Positions 19,089 through 29,290 of a stretch of 64,000 bases of DNA are shown piece by piece; the first letter of the stretch is position 1, and each line of letters opens with the position of its first letter. The position numbers and the translations under genes were made by a program. Origin of the DNA: Acidimicrobiia bacterium (GTDB lineage: Bacteria; Actinomycetota; Acidimicrobiia; Spongiisociales; ZC4RG35); assembly GCA_035250485.1 (NCBI GenBank), contig DATFFB010000214.1, positions 8,197 to 72,196 on the forward strand. Reading direction: 5' to 3'. The notes below the pieces were generated by a model. It was given only the letters and a program-made list of their open reading frames with translations. It had not been told where the DNA came from and did not search any database.

Positions 19089-20099
19089 ATGGGTGTGGAG
19101 GTCGTCTACCTGTCGCACGACGTCTTCTACAAGCACTTCGCTGGCGCCCGCCACATCGAGCGTCCCGAACGTCTGCGGGCGGTCGAGGAAGGCGTCTTCC
19201 GCTCGGGACTTGACATCCAGGCGGTAGTCCCGGATCCGGCGGATCGGGCGGCGTTGTCGACGGTGCACGACCCCACCTACATCGACGCCCTGAGGGAATT
19301 CTGCTTGTCGGGGGGTGGGTCGATCGATTCTGACACCCACGCCGTGACAGAGACCTGGGAGGCTTCGATTAGGGCCGCAGGATCGGGCTTGACCGCGATC
19401 CCCTTGCTTGGGGGAGGGGGCGTGGCGATGGCAGCGGTGCGACCACCGGGACACCACGCCACCGCCAACCGGGCGATGGGGTTTTGCTTTCTCAACAACG
19501 TGGCGGTGGCGGTCGCCCATCTGCGAGGTCAGGGTCGGAAGGTGGCTGTCGTTGACTGGGACGTCCATCACGGCAACGGGACCCAGGAGATGTTCGGGGA
19601 TGATCCCGATGTGCTTTACGTCAGCATCCATCAGTCACCGTTCTATCCGTTGACGGGGCACATCGAGGACATCGAGGCGGGAGCGGGAACCATTGTCAAC
19701 CTCCCGGTGCCCATTGGGACCGGTGGCGACCTCTATCGACGCGCCTTCTCCGAATTGATCGAGCCAATCATCACTCAGTTTCAGCCCGATTGGCTCTTGA
19801 TCAGCGCTGGTTACGACGCCCACGCCTCCGATCCTTTGGGAGGGCTCCGGCTTGCGGCCGCGGACTACGGGTACATGTCTGCCCGTCTGCGAGAGCTGCT
19901 TCCCGATGTCCCGGCAATCGTCTTCCTGGAAGGGGGCTACGACCTCGAGGCCCTGGCTTCGGGAGTTGACGCCACGCTTCGGGGACTGCGTGGAGTCGAT
20001 CGGTTCTCCGATGAGACCGACGGCACCAGCTCTCCCGATGCTGCCTTTTGGGCGCTGGAGGTGGCCAAGGAGTACGCCGCTCGCTTCTGGTCGCTGTGA
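19089..20099 (+). CDS. Histone deacetylase-family protein (acetoin utilization AcuC / acetylpolyamine amidohydrolase-like)
   Basis: HDAC motifs (…RPPGHHA…, …VVDWDVHHGNGTQ…, …GGYD…). Likely start is MGVEVVYLSHD at 19089. Confidence 0.88.
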   Translation: MGVEVVYLSHDVFYKHFAGARHIERPERLRAVEEGVFRSGLDIQAVVPDPADRAALSTVHDPTYIDALREFCLSGGGSIDSDTHAVTETWEASIRAAGSGLTAIPLLGGGGVAMAAVRPPGHHATANRAMGFCFLNNVAVAVAHLRGQGRKVAVVDWDVHHGNGTQEMFGDDPDVLYVSIHQSPFYPLTGHIEDIEAGAGTIVNLPVPIGTGGDLYRRAFSELIEPIITQFQPDWLLISAGYDAHASDPLGGLRLAAADYGYMSARLRELLPDVPAIVFLEGGYDLEALASGVDATLRGLRGVDRFSDETDGTSSPDAAFWALEVAKEYAARFWSL

Positions 20100-20101
20100 G
20101 A

Positions 20102-20827
20102 AACCGGGGATACCCAACCTCTTCGAATCGAGCGTCGTCTTTTCATCTCCACTGGCTCCCCCGAGCCGAGCTGGGAAGCCTCGGGGTCACGATCACCATC
20201 CCGCAGAATCCGGTGTCGTCCGACCTTTACTTCTGGGCCCTTCAGGCCAGCTTCGCCGGACGAGAAGGAGTCAGCGGCGGCGCGCATCTCGGACTGCAAT
20301 GGCATAACCAGTACCCGGGTGGAACCGCGGTGAACTGGGGCGGGTACGACGCCAGGGGGATGATCCTCTCGGGGACCGATTCGGATCTCCCCTCCCCGAT
20401 CGGGAATCCGCACACGCGGGCCTATCCCTGGCGGCAGGGAGGCTCATATCGGTTGACGATCGAAGGGGACCGCAACCTGGGACCCGGCTGGTGGAGAGGG
20501 GCAGTCACCGATCTCGAAACCGGAGAGGAGCAAGCGGTCCGCAGCCTCCACAGTCCGGGGGATCGACTGATGGCGGCGATGACCTGGACCGAGGCGTTCT
20601 GCCGCTGCGACGCCGAGCCGGTGGCGGCGATTTGGTCGAACCCGAGCGGCGTCACCACCAACGGAGACCATTACGTGGCCGAGTCCTGCTCGACCACCTA
20701 TCAGCTGGAAGCGGACGGAGGATGCTCCAACACCGACAGTCGCGTCCTGCCGCATGGAATCACCCAGATCACCGGTGTGCCTCGAACCAATCCCCCCGGC
20801 ACGCTTTTGCCGTGGACTTCGATCTAG
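20102..20827 (+). CDS. Hypothetical protein (start unresolved; possibly a truncated remnant)
   Basis: The reading frame looks protein-like (…YFWALQASFAGREGVSGGAHLGLQWHNQYPGG…GSYRLTIEGDRNLGPGWWRGAVTD…). The only ATG making a long ORF (20048) would overlap the deacetylase gene by 52 nt in another frame; the next in-frame ATG is at about 20353. Convergent 4-nt overlap with pilT. Confidence 0.35.
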   Translation, partial: NRGYPTSSNRASSFHLHWLPRAELGSLGVTITIPQNPVSSDLYFWALQASFAGREGVSGGAHLGLQWHNQYPGGTAVNWGGYDARGMILSGTDSDLPSPIGNPHTRAYPWRQGGSYRLTIEGDRNLGPGWWRGAVTDLETGEEQAVRSLHSPGDRLMAAMTWTEAFCRCDAEPVAAIWSNPSGVTTNGDHYVAESCSTTYQLEADGGCSNTDSRVLPHGITQITGVPRTNPPGTLLPWTSI

Positions 20828-21900
20828 AGCTCGAGACCTGCCTCAAGGGCGCGAGCGCGCAGCTCGTGAGGATTGCGGGAGTGGGGGAGAGCCGAGCGGA
20901 CCGAGATCCTCCGGGTAAGAACCAGAGACTGCAGGGTCTGATCAAAGGTGTGCATGCCGCTGAACTCCGACTCCTTCAACACTTCGTCGATAGTCCCGGT
21001 GAGATTTCCGTCGACAATTCGATCGCGCACCCGTTCGTTGTTGGTCAAGAGTTCCGTCGCCAGCGCGCGGGACCCGCCGTCGGCGGTCTCGAGGAGACGT
21101 TGGCTGAGGATGGCTTTGAGGTGGGCAGAGAGCTGGCGGCGGGCAAGCGCCTGCTCGGGCACCGGGTAGTAGCCCACCAGGCGGGTGATGGTGTCGGCGG
21201 GGTCGACGGTGTGCATGGAGGAGATGACGAGGTGTCCCGTCTCGGCGGCACCGATCGCCGCGCGGGCAGTTTCGTAGTCATCGATGTGAGAGATAGCTAT
21301 GACGTCAGCGTCCTGGCGTACCGCTCGCTCGATCGCTTCGGCAAATGTGGCCGTGTCCACTCCTACCTCTCGCTGCGCGACGATTGCCATCTTGTCCGGA
21401 TGAAGCACCTCGATCGGATGTTCCACCGTGACGATCGATACCGGCCGGGTGCTGTTGATGTGATCGATCATGGCCGACATGGTCGATGTCTTTCCCGATC
21501 CAGACGGTCCGGTCACCAGGAGCAAACCCATTTGCTCGTTGGAGAGTCTCCGCAAGATGGGCGGGAGCCCCAACTCCTCGAATGAGATCGTGTCGTTGGG
21601 CACCCGGCGCATGACGAGGCTGATCGAGCCGCGCTGGCGAAATGCCGTGACTCGAAAGCGACCAAGCTCTGGTCGGCCGAAGGCAAAGTCGGCGTCGCCC
21701 TTCTCCTTGAACTCTTTCACCGCCCTTTGGGTGAAGATCGACTGGGCGAAGGTTTCGGTATCGTCGGGCCGCAGGCTGGGGACTCCGTGAAGCCGTCTTA
21801 GTTCGCCGGCCACCCGCACCACGGGCGGGGAACCGACTTTGAGGTGGAGATCGGACGCTCCCGCCGAGACTGCTCGATGCAGTAGTTCCTCTATTGCCAT
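20824..21900 (-). CDS. pilT: Type IV pilus twitching-motility / retraction ATPase PilT
   Basis: Walker A (GPSGSGKTST), Asp box and Walker B, 358 aa from MAIEELLHRAV…. Likely start at 21900; the longer ORF to 22017 adds a non-conserved leader. Confidence 0.9.
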   Translation of the reverse strand: MAIEELLHRAVSAGASDLHLKVGSPPVVRVAGELRRLHGVPSLRPDDTETFAQSIFTQRAVKEFKEKGDADFAFGRPELGRFRVTAFRQRGSISLVMRRVPNDTISFEELGLPPILRRLSNEQMGLLLVTGPSGSGKTSTMSAMIDHINSTRPVSIVTVEHPIEVLHPDKMAIVAQREVGVDTATFAEAIERAVRQDADVIAISHIDDYETARAAIGAAETGHLVISSMHTVDPADTITRLVGYYPVPEQALARRQLSAHLKAILSQRLLETADGGSRALATELLTNNERVRDRIVDGNLTGTIDEVLKESEFSGMHTFDQTLQSLVLTRRISVRSALPHSRNPHELRARALEAGLEL

Positions 21901-22016
21901 GTCCACGATTAACGAGTTCCTTTGATCCGAGGGATGCTGGTTGTATCGGTTCGGGCCGATGCTCCCTTGAGCGGGCCGCCGGACGGTTCCAGAGCCCGCT
22001 CCTAATCTCGACGGCA

Positions 22017-23396
22017 ATGACCCCCAACCGGTTCTTCTGGCTGGTGGAGCCAGGCAGCCCGAGCTTTGAGCTGGCAGAGCGCTTTCGAGCAGCTGGTCAC
22101 TCGCTCTTCCTGGTGGGGGGATCGGTTCGAGACGCTTTGCTGGAGCGACCCCACACCGATCTGGACTTCACCACCGATGCTCGGCCCCACCAGATCAGGG
22201 AAATCGTCGATGCCTGGGCCGATGCGGTTTACCGGGTGGGGGAGGCGTTCGGAACGATTGGGCTGCGGAAGGCAGGCTTGGGGGCGGAGATCACGACCTT
22301 TCGCTCCGAGGTTTATCGCGACGACAGTCGCAAGCCGAAGGTCTCCTTCTCCGACGACCTGGAAGAGGATCTCTCGCGTCGTGACTTCACTATCAATGCC
22401 ATTGCCCTCCGCCTGCCCGAGCTCGAGGCGGTCGACCCCTTTGGAGGCTTGACCCATCTTGCCGCGGGGCGTCTCGATACCCCTCTCGATCCGGAGGTTT
22501 CATTCACCGACGACCCGTTGCGGATGCTGCGTCTGTTCCGCTTTCAGGCCACCTTGGGTTTCGCCATCGAGCCACGGGTCAGGGAGGCCGCTTCGCGCCT
22601 GGCCTCGCGAATCGAGATCGTCTCCGCCGAGAGGATTCGCGATGAGCTCTCGCGACTTCTCGTCGCCCCACTCCCCGGACCAGCTCTGCTCGACGTCGTC
22701 GCCACTGGCCTCTCGGCCTACTTTCTCCCCGAACTCGATTCCCTCGCCATGGCCCAGGACCCGGTCCATCAGCACAAGGACGTGCTCGCCCACACCCTGG
22801 CCGTAGTCGACAAGACCCAGCCCGAGCTCGTGATCCGCCTGGCGGCGTTGTTCCACGACGTCGGCAAGCCCGAGACCCGGGCCATCGGACCTGAGGGGGT
22901 CAGCTTCCACCACCATGAAGTGGTCGGCCAGCGCATGACGCGGGAGCGGCTCCGAGCTCTTCGTTATCCCCGCGAGATAGTGGATGACGTCTCCCGTTTG
23001 GTCTTCCTTCATCTCCGACCTCACACGCTGAAGTTGGGGTGGACCGATGCTGCGGTGCGTCGCTATGTGCGCGATGCTGGCGACCTTCTCGAATCCCTCA
23101 ACGAGTTGGTGCGATGCGACGTCACCACGGCCAACCCCCGCAAGGCGGCCGCCATCAGTGGGGGAATCGATGAGCTGGAGGAGAGGATCACCGAGCTTCG
23201 GGCCCGAGAGGCGCTTGATGCGCTGCGGCCTCCCATCGACGGTCATCGGGTGATGGAATTTCTCGGCATCAAGCCCGGTCCGCTGGTCGGAGAGATCATG
23301 GACCTCCTTTATGAGCGTCGGATCGAGGAGGGACCTTTCAGCGAGGAGGAGGCCCTGGCCATGGTCAAGGAATGGTGGGAGGGGCGGACCAACTGA
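22017..23396 (+). CDS. cca: CCA tRNA nucleotidyltransferase (PcnA/Cca family, with HD domain)
   Basis: PolyA_pol head motif (…LFLVGGSVRDALL…DLDF…), HD domain (…LFHDVGKP…). Start MTPNRFF at 22017. Confidence 0.9.
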   Translation: MTPNRFFWLVEPGSPSFELAERFRAAGHSLFLVGGSVRDALLERPHTDLDFTTDARPHQIREIVDAWADAVYRVGEAFGTIGLRKAGLGAEITTFRSEVYRDDSRKPKVSFSDDLEEDLSRRDFTINAIALRLPELEAVDPFGGLTHLAAGRLDTPLDPEVSFTDDPLRMLRLFRFQATLGFAIEPRVREAASRLASRIEIVSAERIRDELSRLLVAPLPGPALLDVVATGLSAYFLPELDSLAMAQDPVHQHKDVLAHTLAVVDKTQPELVIRLAALFHDVGKPETRAIGPEGVSFHHHEVVGQRMTRERLRALRYPREIVDDVSRLVFLHLRPHTLKLGWTDAAVRRYVRDAGDLLESLNELVRCDVTTANPRKAAAISGGIDELEERITELRAREALDALRPPIDGHRVMEFLGIKPGPLVGEIMDLLYERRIEEGPFSEEEALAMVKEWWEGRTN

Positions 23397-23405
23397 CGGG
23401 AGGTC

Positions 23406-23424
23406 GATGCGCATATGCGTATAC
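23406..23424. promoter_or_regulatory. Palindromic candidate ArgR operator (ARG box-like) upstream of argC
   Basis: gaTGCGCATATGCGTATAc contains the perfect palindrome CGCATATGCG, 10 nt upstream of the argC ATG. It resembles actinobacterial TGCATA-type ARG half sites. argR is encoded within the same operon. Confidence 0.4.
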
Positions 23425-23434
23425 TCCCCTCTCG

Positions 23435-24445
23435 ATGTCGATCAGAACCGCCGTCCTTGGAGCCAGCGGGTATGCGGGTGGCGAGCTCGTTCGTTTGCTC
23501 GACTCGCACGACGGTTTTGACGTCGTCTTCCTCGGAGCTCACTCCCACGCTGGGGGAGTGTTGCGCGATGTTCATCCCCAACTCGAGGGGGGAGACCGCC
23601 CTCTGGGCTCGAATGAGCTGGTGACGGAGGTCGAGTTCGCCTTCCTCGCTCTTCCCCACGGCTCCTCGGCATCGCTTGGTCACCAGCTCCGCCAGCAGGG
23701 GATCAAAGTTGTTGATCTCGGTTCGGACTACCGGCTGGATTCTGCGGCCCGCTATGGCGAGGCCTACCCGAACCCCCACCCTTTTCCCGACGAGTTGGCC
23801 GATTGGCGGTATGGGCTCCCCGAGCTTTTTGACGTCAAAGGGGCGACCGCCGTGGCCAGCCCCGGTTGCTATCCCACCGCGGTCCTGCTGGCAGTGGGCC
23901 CACTGCTCGCTCAAGGACTGATCGAGCCGCAGGGAATCGTCGCCGACTGTCTGTCCGGGGTCTCGGGCGCCGGCCGAGCGCTGGCGGAGGAGTTCCTCTT
24001 CGGCGAGGTGGCCGATGGAGTGCGTGCCTACGCGGTCGGGAAGCACCGCCATGGCCCCGAGATCGAGATGGGCCTGGAACAGCTTGCAGGGAAGCAGGCG
24101 ACCGTGACCTTCACCCCTCATCTGGTCCCCATGCCCCGGGGTCTCCTCGCCACGGTTACCGCCTCCTTGACGGGGGAAGGTGATCCGGGCGAGGCACTCG
24201 CCCACGCCTACCGGGAGTCACCCTTCGTCGAGGTCATCGATCGACCGCCCCAAACTCGATGGACGGTGGGTTCCAACAAGGCCCTGGTGGCAGCGGTGGT
24301 CGATCATCGACAGAATTTTGTGATCGCCCAGTGCGCGATCGACAACCTTCTCAAGGGGGCTGCCGGCCAGGCGGTGCAAGCGGCCAACTTGATGGTTGGT
24401 TACGACGAAGCCGACGGTCTTCCCCGATCGGGCTGGATGCCGTGA
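23435..24445 (+). CDS. argC: N-acetyl-gamma-glutamyl-phosphate reductase
   Basis: MSIRTAVLGASGYAGGEL… NAD-binding N-terminus and catalytic Cys region (…SPGCYPTA…). Confidence 0.95.
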   Translation: MSIRTAVLGASGYAGGELVRLLDSHDGFDVVFLGAHSHAGGVLRDVHPQLEGGDRPLGSNELVTEVEFAFLALPHGSSASLGHQLRQQGIKVVDLGSDYRLDSAARYGEAYPNPHPFPDELADWRYGLPELFDVKGATAVASPGCYPTAVLLAVGPLLAQGLIEPQGIVADCLSGVSGAGRALAEEFLFGEVADGVRAYAVGKHRHGPEIEMGLEQLAGKQATVTFTPHLVPMPRGLLATVTASLTGEGDPGEALAHAYRESPFVEVIDRPPQTRWTVGSNKALVAAVVDHRQNFVIAQCAIDNLLKGAAGQAVQAANLMVGYDEADGLPRSGWMP

Positions 24446-25581
24446 GCGTCACCGCCCCCGCTGGGTTTGTGGCCGCCGGTGTCGATGCCGGGATCAAGGG
24501 ACCCGGCCGCCTCGACCTGGCGGTTGTCGTTGCCGAGGACGGAGCGGTCCCCGCGGCTGGAGTCTTCACCCAGAACCGGGCGGCGGCGGCTCCCGTGCTC
24601 CTTTCCCGCCGTCGACTGGCGGCCGGGAGAGCACGGGCGATCCTCCTCAACTCCGGCTGCGCTAACGCCGCCACGGGCGAACGCGGCTGGAAGGCGGCGG
24701 AGGCCACCACCGGCGCAGTAGCTGCAGCCCTCGGCTGTCCGCCCACCGAAGTCCTGGCGATGTCGACGGGGCCGATCGGTTCCTATCTCGATGTGAATGC
24801 CATCACTGCCCGGGTTCCCGAACTGGTGGGCCAGGCTACGAAGGATGGCGGAACGACTGCCGCCGAAGCGATTCTCACCACCGATTCCCGGACCAAGACC
24901 GTGCTCGTCAACGGCCCGAACTTCATCCTCGGGGGAATGGCCAAAGGGGCGGCGATGCTGCGGCCGGACATGGCCACGATGCTGGCTGTGCTCACCACCG
25001 ATGCCGCCGTTGAGGCACCCACCTTGCAGCGGGTCTTGACCGAGGCGGCGGCAGTGACCTTCAACTCCTTGAACGTCGACGGTTGTGAATCAACCAACGA
25101 CTCTTTGGTGGTACTCGCTTCCGGCCGGGCGGGATCGGTGTCGGAGTCAGAGCTCGGTGAAGGCGTGCTGAAGGCCTGCTCGGCCTTGGCAATAGAGATG
25201 GCCGCCGACGCCGAAGGTGCCAGCAAGACCGTTCGCATCCTGGTTACCGGGGCGGCCGAGGACCTTTTGGCACGCCAAGTTGGGAGGGCGGTCTCGGACT
25301 CGGCCCTGGTTCGAGCCTCGTTCTACGGGGCCGACCCCAACTGGGGCCGGATTCTCGCCGCCATCGGCACATGTCCGGTCGATGTCGATCAGGTATCGAT
25401 TTCGTACCAATCGATCCCCGTCTTCCGCACCGGATCGCCGGTGGCGCATGTCGGGCTCGAAGGGCTTCTCGACTCCGATTTTGTGGTTCAGGTCGATCTT
25501 GGCCCAGGGCCGGGGAGGGCGGAGGTCATTACCACCGATCTCACCCCGGAATATGTGCGCTTCAACGGGGAACGATCTTGA
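24442..25581 (+). CDS. argJ: Bifunctional glutamate N-acetyltransferase / amino-acid acetyltransferase
   Basis: GTG overlaps the argC stop (GTGA). ArgJ self-cleavage region (…ATMLAVLTTDA…) is present. Confidence 0.93.
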   Translation: MSVTAPAGFVAAGVDAGIKGPGRLDLAVVVAEDGAVPAAGVFTQNRAAAAPVLLSRRRLAAGRARAILLNSGCANAATGERGWKAAEATTGAVAAALGCPPTEVLAMSTGPIGSYLDVNAITARVPELVGQATKDGGTTAAEAILTTDSRTKTVLVNGPNFILGGMAKGAAMLRPDMATMLAVLTTDAAVEAPTLQRVLTEAAAVTFNSLNVDGCESTNDSLVVLASGRAGSVSESELGEGVLKACSALAIEMAADAEGASKTVRILVTGAAEDLLARQVGRAVSDSALVRASFYGADPNWGRILAAIGTCPVDVDQVSISYQSIPVFRTGSPVAHVGLEGLLDSDFVVQVDLGPGPGRAEVITTDLTPEYVRFNGERS

Positions 25582-25631
25582 CTACAGGTCATTCGAGCCC
25601 CAACCCGACCAAAGGACGCATAGCCAACTCG

Positions 25632-26471
25632 ATGGGGAAGGCTCGCATCCTCATGGAGGCGCTTCCTTACATCAGGGCGTTTCGGGGGAAGATCGTGGTG
25701 GTCAAGTACGGCGGGGCGTCGATGGATGATCCTTCTTTGCATTCAAGCTTTGCCGGGGATGTCACCCTGCTGGCGATGGTGGGGATAAGGCCGGTCATCG
25801 TGCACGGCGGAGGACCTCAGATCTCGGCAGCCATGAGCTCGGCTGGCATCGAAACCAAGTTTGTCAACGGCCTCCGCGTGAGCGGACCCGAGGCGGTTGC
25901 CGTTGTGCAACGAGTTCTCGCCGGTGACATCAACCCACACATCGTTGCCCTCCTCAACGGCCACGGCTGTCCGGCGGTCGGCCTCACCGGCCTCGACGGG
26001 GCCATGCTGAGCGCCCGCCAACTCGACCCCGACCTCGGTCTGGTCGGTGAAGTCGAGCACGTCCGAACGGATCTCGTTTTCGATTTGCTCGAGTCGGGGA
26101 TGGTGCCGGTGATCGCTCCTATCGCGAGCGGCCCCGGTGGCGAGATCTACAACCTCAACGCCGACACGGCGGCCGCGGAGCTGGCGATCGCCCTCAAGGC
26201 CCAGAAGCTCGTCTACCTGACCGATGTCGAGGGGGTTCGGCGAAGCCGGGAAGACCCGGGGTCGGTGGTGTCGCGGATGGATCTCGACGAGCTGGCTGAG
26301 CTGAACGACTCTGCGGAGATCGGCGGTGGAATGAGACCCAAGCTCGACTCGTGCCAGCGGGCACTCAAGGGCGGGGTGGCACAAGCTCACATTCTCGACG
26401 GGCGGGTCCAGCACGCCCTCCTGCTCGAGATCTTCACGCCTGAAGGAATAGGAACGATGGTGGTGCCATGA
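25632..26471 (+). CDS. argB: Acetylglutamate kinase
   Basis: …ALPYIRAFRGKIVVVKYGG… AAK-family motifs. An alternative in-frame TTG at 25578 overlaps the argJ stop and would add 18 aa. Confidence 0.93.
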   Translation: MGKARILMEALPYIRAFRGKIVVVKYGGASMDDPSLHSSFAGDVTLLAMVGIRPVIVHGGGPQISAAMSSAGIETKFVNGLRVSGPEAVAVVQRVLAGDINPHIVALLNGHGCPAVGLTGLDGAMLSARQLDPDLGLVGEVEHVRTDLVFDLLESGMVPVIAPIASGPGGEIYNLNADTAAAELAIALKAQKLVYLTDVEGVRRSREDPGSVVSRMDLDELAELNDSAEIGGGMRPKLDSCQRALKGGVAQAHILDGRVQHALLLEIFTPEGIGTMVVP

Positions 26472-27658
26472 GCAAGACCCGTGAACTGATCGACCAGCGC
26501 CTGATGTCGACCTACCAACGAACCGAGGTGATCTTCGTTAGGGGTGAAGGTTCCTGGCTATTCGACGACCAGGGTCGAAAATACCTCGACTTCCTAGCCG
26601 GGATCGCGGTGGTGTCGGTCGGGCATGCCAACCCGAGGGTCGCCCGCGCCGTCGCCGATCAGATAGCGACCCTGGGCCACGTTTCCAACCTGTTCGGCAG
26701 CGAACCGATGGCGCAACTGGCGGACCGACTCGTCGGACTTTCGGGGCTCGACCGGGTGTTCTTTGCCAACGACGGCGCCACCGCCAACGAAGCCGCAATC
26801 AAACTTGCTCGCCGCCATGGGCAAAACCTCGGGGGCGTCGATCGCTACCGGGTGGTGTCGCTTCTCGATTCCTTTCACGGCCGCACACTGGCGACCCTGG
26901 CTGCCACCGGTCAACCCCAGAAGCAGGCCACTTTCGCCCCATTGCCTCCTGGATTCAGCCAAGTGCCGGCGGGGAACATCGATGCCCTCGCCGCCGAAGT
27001 CGACGGCAGCACTGCGGCAGTGCTTCTCGAGACAGTTCAGGCCGAAGGCGGCGTTTTCCCGATGACCGATGATTATCTGGCCGAGGTCCGGGCCCTTTGT
27101 AACGCCCGCGGCGCCCTGCTGATCATCGACGACGTCCAAGCCGGCCTCGGCCGCACCGGCCAGTGGTACTCCTGGCAGGACCGGGGGATCAAGCCCGACA
27201 TTGCCACCTCCGCCAAAGCCCTGGCCAACGGACTTCCGATTGGAGTTTGCCTGGCGCGCCAGGAGGTGGCCGGCGCTTTCCAACCCGGCGATCACGGAAC
27301 AACTTTCGGAGGAGGGCCCGTGGTCTGTGCGGCAGCGCTCGCTGTCCTCGAGGAGATCCAAGAGCGCGATCTGCTGACCAACTGCCGCAACCGCTCATCC
27401 CAACTCGCAGCGGGCCTAAGCCAGATTGAAGGTGTCCGCGAGGTGCGCGGTCGGGGCCTTCTCCTGGCGGCGGTGCTGGAAGGAGAATCCGCAGTAGAAG
27501 TAGCGGCGCGGGCGCTAGGCGAGGGTCTGATCGTCAATGCGGTGCGGTCGGATGCGATTCGGCTAACACCGCCTTTGACGGTCAGCGCCGCCGAGGTCGA
27601 CCACGCTCTCGAGCTTCTGTCCAAGGCCATGGCTCCGGTGGCCTCGGTGCATGCCTGA
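26468..27658 (+). CDS. argD: Acetylornithine aminotransferase
   Basis: Class III PLP aminotransferase, 396 aa. ATG overlaps the argB stop. Confidence 0.93.
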   Translation: MSKTRELIDQRLMSTYQRTEVIFVRGEGSWLFDDQGRKYLDFLAGIAVVSVGHANPRVARAVADQIATLGHVSNLFGSEPMAQLADRLVGLSGLDRVFFANDGATANEAAIKLARRHGQNLGGVDRYRVVSLLDSFHGRTLATLAATGQPQKQATFAPLPPGFSQVPAGNIDALAAEVDGSTAAVLLETVQAEGGVFPMTDDYLAEVRALCNARGALLIIDDVQAGLGRTGQWYSWQDRGIKPDIATSAKALANGLPIGVCLARQEVAGAFQPGDHGTTFGGGPVVCAAALAVLEEIQERDLLTNCRNRSSQLAAGLSQIEGVREVRGRGLLLAAVLEGESAVEVAARALGEGLIVNAVRSDAIRLTPPLTVSAAEVDHALELLSKAMAPVASVHA

Positions 27659-28091
27659 CACCGCTGCTCGCCGGCGGGCGATCCGGCGGATCATCGAGGC
27701 GGCTCCGGTTCGAAGCCAGGCGCAACTGGTCGCCGACCTCAGCGGTCAGGGCTTCTCGGTCACCCAGGCCACTGTCTCTCGCGACCTCGGGGCGATGGGA
27801 GCGAAAAAGAACGGCGATCGCTACACGTTCCGTCGCGAGCCGCCGGAGGACCGCGATCTCGCCCGCACCATCGCTGAGTACGCCGAGAGCATTGCTTCTT
27901 CGGCCAATTTGGTGGTGATCAAGACCCCACCGGGAGCGGCGCAAGTGGTGGCGGCCGCAATCGATGCCTTCGACCCTCAAGGTGTGCTGGGAACGGTGGC
28001 CGGCGACGATACGGTGCTCATCGTCACCGCCGCCGTCGATGGGGGAGCCGGCCTGCAGACTCAGTTGGAAGCGATCGGAGCGACATCATGA
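27651..28091 (+). CDS. argR: Arginine repressor
   Basis: Winged-helix N-terminus (…[25 protein letters not shown]…) and C-terminal arginine-binding / oligomerisation domain, 146 aa. Follows argD directly, with no argF in between. Confidence 0.9.
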   Translation: MPDTAARRRAIRRIIEAAPVRSQAQLVADLSGQGFSVTQATVSRDLGAMGAKKNGDRYTFRREPPEDRDLARTIAEYAESIASSANLVVIKTPPGAAQVVAAAIDAFDPQGVLGTVAGDDTVLIVTAAVDGGAGLQTQLEAIGATS

Positions 28092-29290
28092 GAGTGGTCC
28101 TGGCCTACTCGGGCGGACTCGACACATCTGTGATTCTGGCCTGGCTGATCGAAGAGAAGGGCGCGGAGGTCGTTTGCTACACGGCCGACGTTGGCCAGGG
28201 AGAGGAGTCCGAGGTCGCCCGCCAAAAGGCGCTCGCCACCGGAGCGGTCGAGGCGGTGGTGGAAGATCTGCGTGAAGAGTTCGTGCGCGATGCCGTTTTC
28301 CCGGCCCTCCGGGCAAGCGCGGTGTACGAGTGGTACTACTTGCTTGGCACCTCCCTCGCCCGCCCGATCATCACTCGGGGGTTGATGAGGACCGTCAAGG
28401 CCACGGGGGCGGATGCGATTGCCCACGGGGCAACCGGGAAAGGAAACGACCAGGTTCGCTTCGAGCTCTCCGCCTTCGCCCTGGACCCCGACATCCGGAT
28501 CATAGCCCCTTGGCGGGAGTGGAAGCTGCGGGGTCGGGCCGACCTGGTCTCCTACGCCGCCGCCCGGGGGATTCCCGTGCCGGTCACCGCCGAGAAGCCC
28601 TATTCGATCGACGCCAATCTCCTCCACATATCTTACGAAGGGGGAGTGCTCGAGGATCCCTGGGTGAGTCCGCCCGCACAGATGTTCCGGCTCACCACCG
28701 ACCCCGAAGAAGCGCCGGACGAATCCGAAGTCGTCACCGTTGCCTTCGAGGCCGGCAATCCGGTGGCGATCGACGGTCGCAAGCTGAGCCCGGTGGAACT
28801 CCTCACCGAGGCCAATCGCCTGGCCGGGCGCAATGGCGTAGGACGAGTGGACATCGTCGAGAACCGGTTCGTCGGCATCAAGAGCCGGGGCGTGTATGAA
28901 ACTCCTGGCGGCACTCTTCTCCATCACGCTCACCGGGCGGTGGAGTCGATCACCCTCGACCGCGAGGTCGCCCATCTTCGCGACGAGCTCGTTCCCCGGT
29001 ACGCCGAGATGGTCTACAACGGCTTCTGGTTCTCGCCCGAACGCCGGGCTCTCCAGGCGTTTATGGACGAGGTGCAAAAGCGGGTCAACGGCGAGGCGCG
29101 GTTGCGCCTCTACAAGGGAAACGTCATCGTTGAAGGTCGGCGATCGGAGAAATACGACCTCTACGACCAGGCCACGGCCACTTTTGAAGAGGATGATGTC
29201 TACGACCAGGCCGACGCCGCCGGGTTCATTCGCTTGAACGCTCTCCGCCTTCGGCGTCTCGGCGAGGAGCGCCTCGGGGAGGGCGAGTGA
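28088..29290 (+). CDS. argG: Argininosuccinate synthase
   Basis: [11 protein letters not shown]-loop and conserved core, 400 aa. Confidence 0.96.
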   Translation: MRVVLAYSGGLDTSVILAWLIEEKGAEVVCYTADVGQGEESEVARQKALATGAVEAVVEDLREEFVRDAVFPALRASAVYEWYYLLGTSLARPIITRGLMRTVKATGADAIAHGATGKGNDQVRFELSAFALDPDIRIIAPWREWKLRGRADLVSYAAARGIPVPVTAEKPYSIDANLLHISYEGGVLEDPWVSPPAQMFRLTTDPEEAPDESEVVTVAFEAGNPVAIDGRKLSPVELLTEANRLAGRNGVGRVDIVENRFVGIKSRGVYETPGGTLLHHAHRAVESITLDREVAHLRDELVPRYAEMVYNGFWFSPERRALQAFMDEVQKRVNGEARLRLYKGNVIVEGRRSEKYDLYDQATATFEEDDVYDQADAAGFIRLNALRLRRLGEERLGEGE

